From Nitrosopumilaceae archaeon (GTDB lineage Archaea > Thermoproteota > Nitrososphaeria > Nitrososphaerales > Nitrosopumilaceae): a stretch of 64,000 nt of DNA. The stretch is taken from the NCBI GenBank assembly GCA_965203465.1, contig CBDBCR010000003.1, positions 896,001 through 960,000 of the forward strand. Direction: 5' to 3'. The notes beneath the pieces were generated by a model, which did no database searches, was not told where the DNA came from, and saw nothing but the letters and a program-made list of their open reading frames with translations. Shown piece after piece: positions 30,401-38,203 of the stretch (position 1 is its first letter; each line of letters begins with the position of its first letter). The position numbers were made by a program, and so were the translations under genes.

Positions 30401-30439
30401 CGATATGTCGCCGGGCCCTGGCAGGAACTTTTCGGCCAT
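27422..30439 (-). CDS. VirB4/VirD4 (HerA/FtsK superfamily) ATPase with C-terminal winged helix and nuclease-like domain
   Basis: HLYAVGGSGSGKT, YVDPKGD, SINPLE, LALDEFQ, QARSLGLGLVLSHQ; C-terminal RTDLVAYD...SIEIES. Start taken as ATG 30439. Confidence 0.85.
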   Translation of the reverse strand: MAEKFLPGPGDISACSVSVPVEMDKKEAVEAAGGLAGPGVRSYEVWWDGSEKQLRMVLACERADMAGYRQAFRNMYPSAGFSDAETAPSWFDPAGKYRVFDIGAYHGHYATVFDKARAHQIMSQIASTVQLSDKAWIQFVFKSYSFNPFLRRHVARLDGKVREIRRGNYLSNTEILMHPDKKPHDHPEAGRDFDNNYAGLQKHATLKMQGSHVLMAVRGLTVSDDDIELNFDEIEALPVESVRSGHEHLTKFRYRDAEKWQLGSKKSVIRAGGQKLDRLEMFTRRLLPDPEQHLEKALSGYCGRGLFGYKDRRPLPFLMLTLPEMPLLVHLPSPSTPNLDTTRGVAMPTKPSEKEGGPLGSFMPGAGAPEWGRTVRSKDAEAAVVSPSDFATHLYAVGGSGSGKTSLIRLLAKHLEAWNDSGQFPNAFIYVDPKGDDSRKFVQQCLPGSLEEGRVHYLDPQETRFSINPLELPPHKESEREEVVSRYVGYFMKTIEEWYQQSASYVQMERIFRALLFYMYMKHDAPTFLDMHGIILRLQGGKDALADVIREYGEPDPEMAQALESISSLKGDAFVPLLNRVEQFATDPVLKRMFSVRRGTVDFDELIKPGSCTVVRISPLNMPQHVQPLAMQAFILKLWFTIQERADRTPERDRTQVVLALDEFQIVKDLQVLQLMLEQARSLGLGLVLSHQTTEQISDRQLGIITGNSGTQFVGRVNGRDAARISQIWDPQFQKPLQHQLASQEYFHWTVREKAPPGKEQPPPCQFWLSPPPGLVSAGAFEQFVSSQLAKYGSGVVEGAVRAAGPVQWKASLDVDVPPRTEWRIMLLLSEKPMQQVEIALKMKTANRAELLPVLKAMAAKGILRRTDGGRAAPYELSPSARKSYFEPDVAPVGSADDVEGVARQAFEAYLKQGFFVAVADQTVRKGVDRTDLVAYDYETKTPVSIEIESVSEVRSHPEHVRYNMTKWRGMGFGMCHVWSKSRAVLKVFEDLDEAEKKSVRVTVV

Positions 30440-30646
30440 GTCCAAGGCACCTTTCGGCTTGCGCCCGTTGGCCAGCCGCCATTTCCCGCCCACGGTTGCC
30501 GGTGCCGGGCCGCATAAAAGGTACCTATAGGCGCAACCTGAGACTGGTAGACGCCGCACAAATGAGGCATCTTGTCCTGACTGTCCACGTCTCTGACATG
30601 TACGAATTTGGCATGTCGTACGCATGTGTGGCGGCGATAATTGGCG

Positions 30647-31234
30647 TTAATACTCGCACACTGCCAACCCGTACACCTTGCTCTCCAAACCGTCGGTCCA
30701 CATGGGAATGGCGCACCTGCCTTCCGAAGCAAACGTGTCAGTGTCCATGAAGCAGTGCGGTAACCCGTTTCCGGCCGCGCTGGTCCTGTTCCCGTCCACG
30801 ATGATCGTCCGATCTCCCATGGCGACGGGCATGGTGGAATCTGCTATCGAATTCATGATGCCTAAAAACCGCTCGTACAAGTCTTCGTTGTTGGCGTCAG
30901 ACGCACGGACGGTCTTTATGAAGGATCTCCCGATCTTAGTCAGACTGAAGGCCTCTCTCTTCTGCATCGCGTGCACGGCCGCCGTTATGACATCCGTGTT
31001 GGGTTCGGTGAAACATGCTTCCCATTTGTGATCGCGCACTATCAACTTCCTGATCACCTTGGCGTAGTTTTTTCGAGCCACTCCATTCATGATGCCGTCA
31101 ATCTTCAACACATTTTTCTTAAACACGTCAAACTCGTCGTATTGTGCGGAATGCCGAACGTTAATCATGCAATCGAACAGCGCCACAAAGTCTTTGTCGG
31201 ATACCATCTTTTTCTCAAAGTTAAACATGTTCAT
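30647..31234 (-). CDS. Hypothetical protein (low GC, 195 aa)
   Basis: Open frame with protein-like composition. Its ATG overlaps the stop of 31231-31428. Confidence 0.6.
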   Translation of the reverse strand: MNMFNFEKKMVSDKDFVALFDCMINVRHSAQYDEFDVFKKNVLKIDGIMNGVARKNYAKVIRKLIVRDHKWEACFTEPNTDVITAAVHAMQKREAFSLTKIGRSFIKTVRASDANNEDLYERFLGIMNSIADSTMPVAMGDRTIIVDGNRTSAAGNGLPHCFMDTDTFASEGRCAIPMWTDGLESKVYGLAVCEY

Positions 31235-31428
31235 GCTCCCAGATCGGCGGATAGAGCCAAACGCACGCGATCTACGGCAACGCGGACGGCGCGCTCGCAA
31301 ACGACGGCGTTAGCTGCACCGCCACCCGACCCATCCGTCCCTGCCAGCCCGCCGGACGGCGGAGGGGCCGCATCCGGGTCGAAACAGGCCGTGGTCGCGC
31401 AGGACATCACAGAATACTCGGAGAACAC
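31231..31428 (-). CDS. Small hypothetical protein/peptide (65 aa)
   Basis: TTTAAA about 30 bp upstream; ATGA coupling to the downstream gene. Confidence 0.4.
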   Translation of the reverse strand: MFSEYSVMSCATTACFDPDAAPPPSGGLAGTDGSGGGAANAVVCERAVRVAVDRVRLALSADLGA

Positions 31429-31597
31429 GGCGCGCCGACGCGCTCGCTATGATTTAAACCCCGCCGGGGCGTGGCTTTGAGCCGCGGCTTGACCGTGTTG
31501 TCCGGCACACGGCATCGCCGAGGTGCAATGCAGTCATCCAGTTTGCCGGCAGACGCCGTCGGGAAACCCGGTAGCCGGCACTGTCGAAAATCTGGTC

Positions 31598-32419
31598 TCA
31601 AGCTGCCAGCTTGTACAGCCCGCGCGCGTTGCTCATCACGGGGTCGGACGGCACCACGATCTTGCGGCCCTTTAGGCGCGCCTCCAGCTCGTCGCGCACG
31701 CCCGGCATCAGCAGCCCGCCGCCCGAGAGCGCCAGGGGGTACCCGTACTGGCCCGCCACGTCAGAGACCTCGGCCGCCAAGTTCTCGGCCAGCACGCGCG
31801 CGTACTTTTTGCAGACATCCTTGTGCGCCTCCAGCGCGGACGGATCCAAGTGGGCGAACCTGCCCACTTTTTTGGTCACAAAGTCCGAGGCCCAGGCCGA
31901 GCTTGCCCCGTCTATCACTTCCGATCCGTCGACGGCGACTATCTCGGTAGTGCCCTGCCCTATCGAGACCACCACGCCGGTGTCCATGTCTAGATCCACC
32001 AGCGTGCCGCACGCCTGGGCCACCACGCTGCACGAATCCGTCTCCAGCGTGCGCTTTACCAGCTTTGCGACAAACTCGCGCTGGTCGAACGCGTGGTAGG
32101 GCAGGCCCACCACCATGCTCAGTCGCTCGTTCCCGGGCGCCGGCGCCTTTGCCAGGCACCTGATCTGGTACAGCGCCTCGCGCACCAGCATCTCGACCTG
32201 CTTTTGGTGGCGCGGATCCGGCCTGCCCTTCGATATGGGCCCTATCGCCGAGGTCCCCGTCGTTCCCAGCAGGGCCATGGCGCCGGCGCCGACCGCCTCG
32301 GACGCCTTTGTGGACCAGCATCCCCCCGTGCGCCTGGCGTACAGGGTGGGGAACCTGACCGAGCCGACGTCCGAGACGCACTTTACGAACCCCGTTCCCA
32401 GATCCAAGCCGACCTTCAC
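31598..32419 (-). CDS. Actin-like ATPase, ParM/StbA family
   Basis: Phosphate-1 VGLDLGTGFVK, VVGLP, connect AQACG, phosphate-2 VSIGQGTTE, adenosine LSGGG, PVMSNARG. GTG start at 32419. Confidence 0.85.
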   Translation of the reverse strand: MKVGLDLGTGFVKCVSDVGSVRFPTLYARRTGGCWSTKASEAVGAGAMALLGTTGTSAIGPISKGRPDPRHQKQVEMLVREALYQIRCLAKAPAPGNERLSMVVGLPYHAFDQREFVAKLVKRTLETDSCSVVAQACGTLVDLDMDTGVVVSIGQGTTEIVAVDGSEVIDGASSAWASDFVTKKVGRFAHLDPSALEAHKDVCKKYARVLAENLAAEVSDVAGQYGYPLALSGGGLLMPGVRDELEARLKGRKIVVPSDPVMSNARGLYKLAA

Positions 32420-32487
32420 GGATGTAGTGGCCGGGCCGGATTTAAGGGGCAGGCAAGGCTGATATTTGCCGGCGCGGCACCACGGGC

Positions 32488-33099
32488 ATGATCGTAGACG
32501 AAAGCGAGTTTTCGAAGATGGCCGAGCATCTGGGAATCGAGCCAAAAGACCTAGTCAACACCGTCTTGGAGAGCGTGAAGAGCCGCCCGTGGTACGTGTA
32601 CAGGGCTGGTCGCAACAGATCTCTGGGCAAGTCGCTCCAAATATCTCTGAACAGCTCGGAGCTCGCGTACGCTTGGGACGAGGCGATCAAAGACGTAGTC
32701 GGGGGGCGCGAGTACATCGTAGAAGAGTGCGACGTCGACTTGGTAAAGGGCACCACATGGTACGGAATAGTCTTGTCAGGGGACGACGACAGCGAAATAG
32801 ACAGGCTGGATCTCTATTTTGGAGATGGCCCCGGAGAAATCGTGCGTGCGTCGGTGCATGTCGTGTTCGCCGACGGCAAGTTGGGAGACAAGGCCATGGA
32901 AGAAATAGACGAAGTGCTTGACAACGAGATGGTGGATTGCGAGGGCTTGGATTTGGAACACGATTACTACGACGGCGTTTGGTCTTTTGCCATAACCGTC
33001 CACACTAGTCACGATTTCGAACTGCCCGGGTTTGACGAGATGCACGATCTGGTCAAAAAGATCAAAAAAATCGCAAAGGCGCACGGCGCACGCGACTAA
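32488..33099 (+). CDS. Acidic hypothetical protein divergently transcribed from the ParM-like gene
   Basis: 203-aa ORF rich in D/E, lower GC, only 68 bp from the ParM-like start. Confidence 0.65.
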   Translation: MIVDESEFSKMAEHLGIEPKDLVNTVLESVKSRPWYVYRAGRNRSLGKSLQISLNSSELAYAWDEAIKDVVGGREYIVEECDVDLVKGTTWYGIVLSGDDDSEIDRLDLYFGDGPGEIVRASVHVVFADGKLGDKAMEEIDEVLDNEMVDCEGLDLEHDYYDGVWSFAITVHTSHDFELPGFDEMHDLVKKIKKIAKAHGARD

Positions 33100-33213
33100 C
33101 CGGGTCGGCATGCAAGATTCGGACGGCGCGGGCCGCCTCCGGCCCCGCACATCTCGGGACGGATCGGCGCTACGGGGCGGGGCGAGGGGCTGGTTACTGG
33201 GCGAAGAGGGGAT

Positions 33214-33477
33214 CCGGGCGCATTTAAGGCGCCCGCGATCCTCGGGCGATGTGCTCCATAACGGGGACAAAAACGTCCCGGCTATGGGGTACATGTCCTC
33301 CTACAGCCAGGCAGATGGTGTCTGGGATCGCCTGAAGTGGGCCGTACAGCGCGGCCGAGGCCGGCGGGGGCGACCGGGCGCATAAAAGGTGCCCTAGATC
33401 CGCGGGCGATGTGCCCCACAGTCGGGACGCTAGGATCCCGACTGTGGGGTATATGCCCTCCTACAGCCCGGGCCTAG
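33214..33477 (+). repeat. Two tandem about 100-bp units (period 160 bp), each TATA box + long hairpin + micro-ORF
   Basis: Hairpins 33244-33299 and 33404-33459 with compensatory changes; ORFs 33249-33335 and 33409-33477. Confidence 0.8.
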
Positions 33478-33596
33478 TCCGGGCCGCCGGGCCGGGGGCC
33501 GGCGGGGGCCGACTTCAGGAGGCGGCGGGCGCACGCGACGAGCCGCCTGTTCGAATGGTCTGCGAACGGCTCCGAGCAGGAGGGGCAGGCTTTCAC
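33474..33596 (-). CDS. 40-aa zinc-finger-like protein (not in ORF track)
   Basis: MKACPSCSEPFADHSNRRLVAC... (CxxC-H-C); TTTTAT 26 bp upstream of the GTG. Confidence 0.6.
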   Translation of the reverse strand: MKACPSCSEPFADHSNRRLVACARRLLKSAPAGPRPGGPD

Positions 33597-33636
33597 GCCG
33601 CCGGAGCCCGGCTGGCATAAAAGGGCGGCCGCGCGC

Positions 33637-34890
33637 TCACGGCCTGCCCGGCTCCAGCCTGCCCATGATCTCCTCGACCATGTCGAACACCCTGCCGCGC
33701 AGCTCGCGCTCGCTGTCGGCCTCTTTTTTGAGCGACTTTATCCGCTTCCTGCCGGCCTCCTCTTTCCTGCGCATCGCGGTCAGCTCGTCTATCCTGGCCT
33801 GCTTGGCCGCGGCCTCGGCCCTGAGCCGCTCCTCGTCCGAGACGGTCAGCAACGGTATGGCCTTCCTGTACTCGGGGAACCGCTCAAAGTCCTCCTCGTT
33901 GTACCGCTCGTAGTGGGATTCGAGGCCCACCTTGTGACCCATCATGTCCTCCTTGTCCAGGTAGTCAACCTTGGCCCGCCTCAGCATAGTGTTGAAGTAC
34001 TTGCGGAACCCGTGGTCGAGGCTCACCTCGTGCCTCCTGCGCCTGTCCCCCGGCGGGCGGAGGCCGACGCGCGCGACCAGTTTGGACACCCGGGCCTTTA
34101 CGCTGTTGGAGCCGAGCCGGACCGGCTCGTCGTACCGCACCGAGACGAGCAGCGGATCGGAGCCGCGCGGCTCCCTGCCGAACCTGTGCTTCCACTCTTT
34201 GCGGTACAGGCCCACGGTCCCGTACGCCTCGGGGGTCACGAACGTCCAGTACTCCTCGGGGTACCCGCGGTACACCCGCAGCGCGGCCCCCTCCGGCGGC
34301 TCGCCCACCGGCACCAGATCCTCCCAGCAAAAGTAGTCCCACGCCCCGACCCGGAAGCCGCCCGACGAGAACAGCAGCACTATGACCTTGTCGGTCAGGC
34401 CGGTCGAGCCGGCCAGCATGGCCTTGAGCTCCTCGCGGGTGTACGCGCGGTCGCGGCTCTTGACGGGCGGCGGCATCATCCTGTTGACGGCCTTCCAGGA
34501 TATCCCGATCTCGGAGGCGGCCAGCAGCGCCTTTACGGGCTTTATCTTGTTGGGGACCGTGTTGGGGTTCATCTCGCCCCGTTCCACCAGGTCCTTGAGC
34601 CCCTTTACGTAGCTGCGCACGGCCGCCTTGGCCGCGTCGGGGTTGGACCGCGCCAGGCCCACGAACGCCTCGCACATGTCCTCGATGCCCCTCGAGCGCG
34701 GCGGGCCCCCCGCGTACCTCTCAAAGACCCCGTCGGGCACCGCGGCCATGAACGCGGCCAGGTTGCCCCCGTACGACCGGCGGGTCTCGGCGCTGCCCAG
34801 CGAGGCCATCATGTCCGAGTATGCCGCCCCCTCCATGGAGGCCACATCTATCTCCACCGATCGTTTCGGACTCTGTTCCTGATAAGGCAC
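33637..34890 (-). CDS. Tyrosine recombinase/integrase with C-terminal coiled coil
   Basis: SSGGFRVGA (R), VYRG..EEY.TF.TPEA, HGFRKYF (HxxR), MMGH...LESHY (H, Y). The start may be ATG 34837. Confidence 0.9.
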   Translation of the reverse strand: MPYQEQSPKRSVEIDVASMEGAAYSDMMASLGSAETRRSYGGNLAAFMAAVPDGVFERYAGGPPRSRGIEDMCEAFVGLARSNPDAAKAAVRSYVKGLKDLVERGEMNPNTVPNKIKPVKALLAASEIGISWKAVNRMMPPPVKSRDRAYTREELKAMLAGSTGLTDKVIVLLFSSGGFRVGAWDYFCWEDLVPVGEPPEGAALRVYRGYPEEYWTFVTPEAYGTVGLYRKEWKHRFGREPRGSDPLLVSVRYDEPVRLGSNSVKARVSKLVARVGLRPPGDRRRRHEVSLDHGFRKYFNTMLRRAKVDYLDKEDMMGHKVGLESHYERYNEEDFERFPEYRKAIPLLTVSDEERLRAEAAAKQARIDELTAMRRKEEAGRKRIKSLKKEADSERELRGRVFDMVEEIMGRLEPGRP

Positions 34891-34932
34891 TAAATGTGGG
34901 CGGGTCTTCGGCGACTATCAAGTTGCGCCTGA

Positions 34933-35358
34933 TCAGCGGCAGGGCGGCGCGCTTTCCAGCGCAACCCGGACCAGCCGGGCGCACCGCTCCGGCCGCTTTT
35001 TTATGTCGTCGTCCCAGAAGCGGATCACCGCGTATCCTGCCTCCCTCAGCTCCCGGTTCACCCGCCGGTCCCGCCGGCGGTTGCCCCCTATGTGCTGCAG
35101 CCAGTACTCTGGATTGTCGCCTCCGGCCAGTTTCTTCCTCAGCTTTGGCCAGTTGCGCCCGTGCCAGAACGAGCCGTCGCAGAACACGAGCAGGCGGCCC
35201 TCGACTATGAAGTCCGGCGAGCCGGGCAGTTCCGGCTGGGACCGGTAGCGCATGCCGCCGCGCCGCAGGATCCTGGCCATCTCCCTCTCCGGCCCCGTCC
35301 CCCGGCTCCTGATCTTGGACATCACCTCCGAGCGCTTTTCCTTGGTGAGCGTGTCCAA
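34933..35358 (-). CDS. vsr: Very short patch repair endonuclease
   Basis: DTLTKEKRSEVMSKIRSRGTGPE, LPGSPDF, FCDGSFWHG, N..RD...L...GY.VIRFW. TTG start at 35358. Confidence 0.92.
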   Translation of the reverse strand: MDTLTKEKRSEVMSKIRSRGTGPEREMARILRRGGMRYRSQPELPGSPDFIVEGRLLVFCDGSFWHGRNWPKLRKKLAGGDNPEYWLQHIGGNRRRDRRVNRELREAGYAVIRFWDDDIKKRPERCARLVRVALESAPPCR

Positions 35359-35704
35359 CGCGCCGGGGCGCCGGAGAGGGGTTAAACGTGCTTTGGCCGG
35401 GCGCGGCTCCGGCGGGCGCCCCCGTCCAAGCGTCCGCTGCGTGCTATGCAGGCGTCCGAATCGGCGTCCGGGACATCGCGGATCGTAGCTCGCCCGCAGC
35501 CGATGCGGCGCGCAGAAGCGGCGGATCCGGGAGGGCCGGCGCGGCCGGATCGTGGGCGCAGAAAAGGCCCCCCTTCCGGCTGCCGGTTTGCGGACGCGCG
35601 GAGCTTGCGTCGTGCGTCCGCCGGCGCTCCCGATTTGGCCGCGCCGCACGCACGCCAGCTTCGCCCCGACCCAGGCTTATAACCAAGTTCCGGCAATGCA
35701 CGCC

Positions 35705-36454
35705 ATGGGCGACACCGGCATCCCGGGAGTGGAGGAGATGGTGCAAGACGCGATTGCGAAGATCCGGAGGGAAGACCCCGGCACGCTGACGCCGGAGGCC
35801 GTGCTGAACCGGTTCTCGGACGCGGTAGAGGCCGTGTTGGGCGCCACGTACGACGCGTACGAAAGGCACGAGCGGGGCAGGATAGAAGCCTGCAAGAAGA
35901 GATTCACGGAGGGCCTGCCCGAGACGGTCCCGAAGGAAAGGGCGGAAAAAGTCGTGAGCGATACCGTCGACGGGGTCAGGGAACTGAAGAACAGCCTCGA
36001 GCAGTCCAAGGCATCCCGAGCGGGCAAGAGCTTGGAGAAGATCGTGCAAAAGCTGCTGGCGCTTGCGGGAATACCCAGCGAGGCCCTGACGCCCGGCGAC
36101 AAAAAGCACAATCTGGACAGGATCGGCTTGGCGATACCGAACAAGCAGACGGCCATCGACAGCCCCGACAAGTCGCATTTCCTCTCGCTCAAGACTTCGC
36201 TGAGGGAGCGCGGAAGCAGGTGGTCGAAGAACAGAAACCGGGGCCGGACACACCTGATCACCGTCCTTCGGGGAGAGGCGCTGGGCAACGGCGTGGCGCG
36301 GGAGATCGTCAAACACGGGGTATTCCTGTACCTGCCGGACAGGATAAAGGACGGCCGCTTCTCGGACGAGCCGCGGATCAGGAGGCTGTCGGATCTGCCC
36401 CTCAGCGTGGGCAGGGAATACGTCGAGAGCCCGAGCGCAACGTCAGTAATCTAG
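35705..36454 (+). CDS. EcoRII-C/SsoII-like restriction endonuclease, copy 2, with the same compensated active-site frameshift
   Basis: Paralogue of 18608-19354; TTATAA 27 bp before ATG 35705. Confidence 0.75.
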   Translation: MGDTGIPGVEEMVQDAIAKIRREDPGTLTPEAVLNRFSDAVEAVLGATYDAYERHERGRIEACKKRFTEGLPETVPKERAEKVVSDTVDGVRELKNSLEQSKASRAGKSLEKIVQKLLALAGIPSEALTPGDKKHNLDRIGLAIPNKQTAIDSPDKSHFLSLKTSLRERGSRWSKNRNRGRTHLITVLRGEALGNGVAREIVKHGVFLYLPDRIKDGRFSDEPRIRRLSDLPLSVGREYVESPSATSVI

Positions 36455-36614
36455 AACACGGCCGCCCGGTGCGCCAGAGCGACGGCAGGCGCCGGATCTG
36501 CGAAGTCGGCGGACGGATACGGGGTCGGCCAGCAGAGGCGCTGGACTTGCGCGTTCTAGATTGGGCCTGACCGCGCCACGGGGTGCATGTAATATACGTC
36601 GGCCAGCATTTTCG

Positions 36615-36788
36615 CTAGTCCCTGGCCGCGGTCACCTCTATTTTCCCGCGCACGATCCTGTAGGTTATGCGGGAGGGGCACCCCAGCCTGTCCATGACCG
36701 GCTTCGGAAGGTACCCCTGGCAGCCCCGGGTATCGTGGTAGGTGACGCTGACGGTGAACTCTTTGGCGTCCTTTTGCCATCTTCCCAT
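36615..36788 (-). CDS. Small AbrB-like protein (IS passenger)
   Basis: MGRWQKDAKEFTVSV...LPKPVMDRLG.P..ITY....KIEV; identical copy at 39032-39205. Confidence 0.75.
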   Translation of the reverse strand: MGRWQKDAKEFTVSVTYHDTRGCQGYLPKPVMDRLGCPSRITYRIVRGKIEVTAARD

Positions 36789-36838
36789 GTCAATTCCGGG
36801 CACGCCGTTTGTTAAAAACTATTATTCCACGTGTTTAT

Positions 36839-37996
36839 ATGCCCGTCGCCGCGGCCGGAGGCGTGGATCGGCTGCTCGCGCTCAGAAAAGGCGGATACCG
36901 GCCGTCCGCGGCCCGCGGACCGGTGGTGCGGCACGACCGGTGATATTCGGTGCAGTCCTACACGGTTCCGGGGAAAAAATACACGGTGCTCGACGCGGGC
37001 GGCCCGTGGGTCTGCACGTGCCTCTGGCACTGCTACGTGCACGTCGATTGCAAGCACATCTTGGCGGCGCGCGCCGCGTTCGGTTCGCGCGCGCCCGAGG
37101 AGCCCGAGCCGGCAGTGATACCGGAAATAGAGCCGGGCACGTGCCCCGAATGCGGCTCTGCCAACTCGAAAACTGACGGCGTGCGCGTGAACAAAAACTA
37201 CGAGAACCAAAAGTACAAGTGCCTCGACTGCGGCAGGCACTTTTCGGCAAACGCCGGGCTCGGGGACACCGTGCTTCCCCCCGCATTCGTGACGCGGGTG
37301 ATAGAGATGGCCTCCTCCGGCATGCCGTACCCCAAGATAGCAAAGTGGCTGGCCTCAGAGAAGGTGAAAGTGTCCACAAAAACCGTGTGCAACATAGTCC
37401 GCCGCTTCTCCAAAATCCTGATCGAATACTGCGCCCGGCTGCGGCCGGCCGTCTCAGAGTTGTGGAGGACCGACGAGAAGCGCGTCGCGGTGGCCGGCGG
37501 CAAGCCCTACCTGCACGGCCTGATGGACTCGGGGACGCGGCTGCTCCTGTCGGTGCAGCTGACGCCCAGAAAGGGCGAGGACGACGTCGCTCCCATGTAC
37601 CGGGCCGGCGCCGACTGGGCCGGCAAGGTCCCGCACCTGCTGGTCTCGGACGGGGCGCCGTCGTTCCGCGCGGCGTGGAATTCGTGCTACCGGCCCAACA
37701 GGAAGGACCAGAAATACTCCGATCACGCGGCCATGATCCACCTAGACGGCAACATGAACAACAACATGATGGAGTCGCTCAACCGCGAGCTTGGCAGGCG
37801 CATGTGGCCGGCGCGGTTCGTCCCGGCAGAGGCGGCGGCCGCCATGGCCGAGCGCGTGCGCCTGTTCTACAACTTTTTCCACGAGCACTCGGGCCTCGGC
37901 GGCAGGACGCCGGCCGAGGCGGCCGGCATCTTGGTGCGGGGCGACAACAGGTGGAAGACGCTGCTGCGCAACGCGCACGCCAACGCTCCAAGATAG
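36839..37996 (+). pseudogene. SWIM + Zn-ribbon + DDE transposase with an in-frame TGA at 36941 (or a shorter product from GTG 36950)
   Basis: CTC...CKH, CPEC...YKCLDC, WRTDEK, VSDG, MESLN, YNFFHEH...TPAEAAG. The inverted copy has sense codons at the TGA position. Confidence 0.8.
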
Positions 37997-38203
37997 CGCC
38001 ACCCGGCGCCGGCCCGCCCGGACGGGCGGGGAAGCGCACGCGCCGGTCCGGGATTTGGACGCAGACGGGCCCCGATACGGCGCGCCAAAGGGCCCGTCCC
38101 GGTCCTGGACGCGCCCGCCGCCCGGCGCGGGGCGGCCTTTGCGGCGAATCCGTGGTTCTTTTTTGCTCTGGAAAATTCATCGACGACGTATATTACACGC
38201 ACC

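Noticed and set aside
33637-34890. Integron integrase with gene cassettes
   Set aside because: No IntI-specific insertion is recognisable and there is no regular attC-gene array. Only two distant attC-like hairpins exist.
34870-34935. tRNA or att site next to the integrase (CCTGATAAGG looks like an anticodon loop)
   Set aside because: No T-arm or acceptor stem, and no second copy was found in the window.
36581-36601. dif/Xer site (TTACA(T/C)GCACC resembles a XerC arm)
   Set aside because: There is no second arm at 6-bp spacing. Positions and orientations fit IS terminal inverted repeats.
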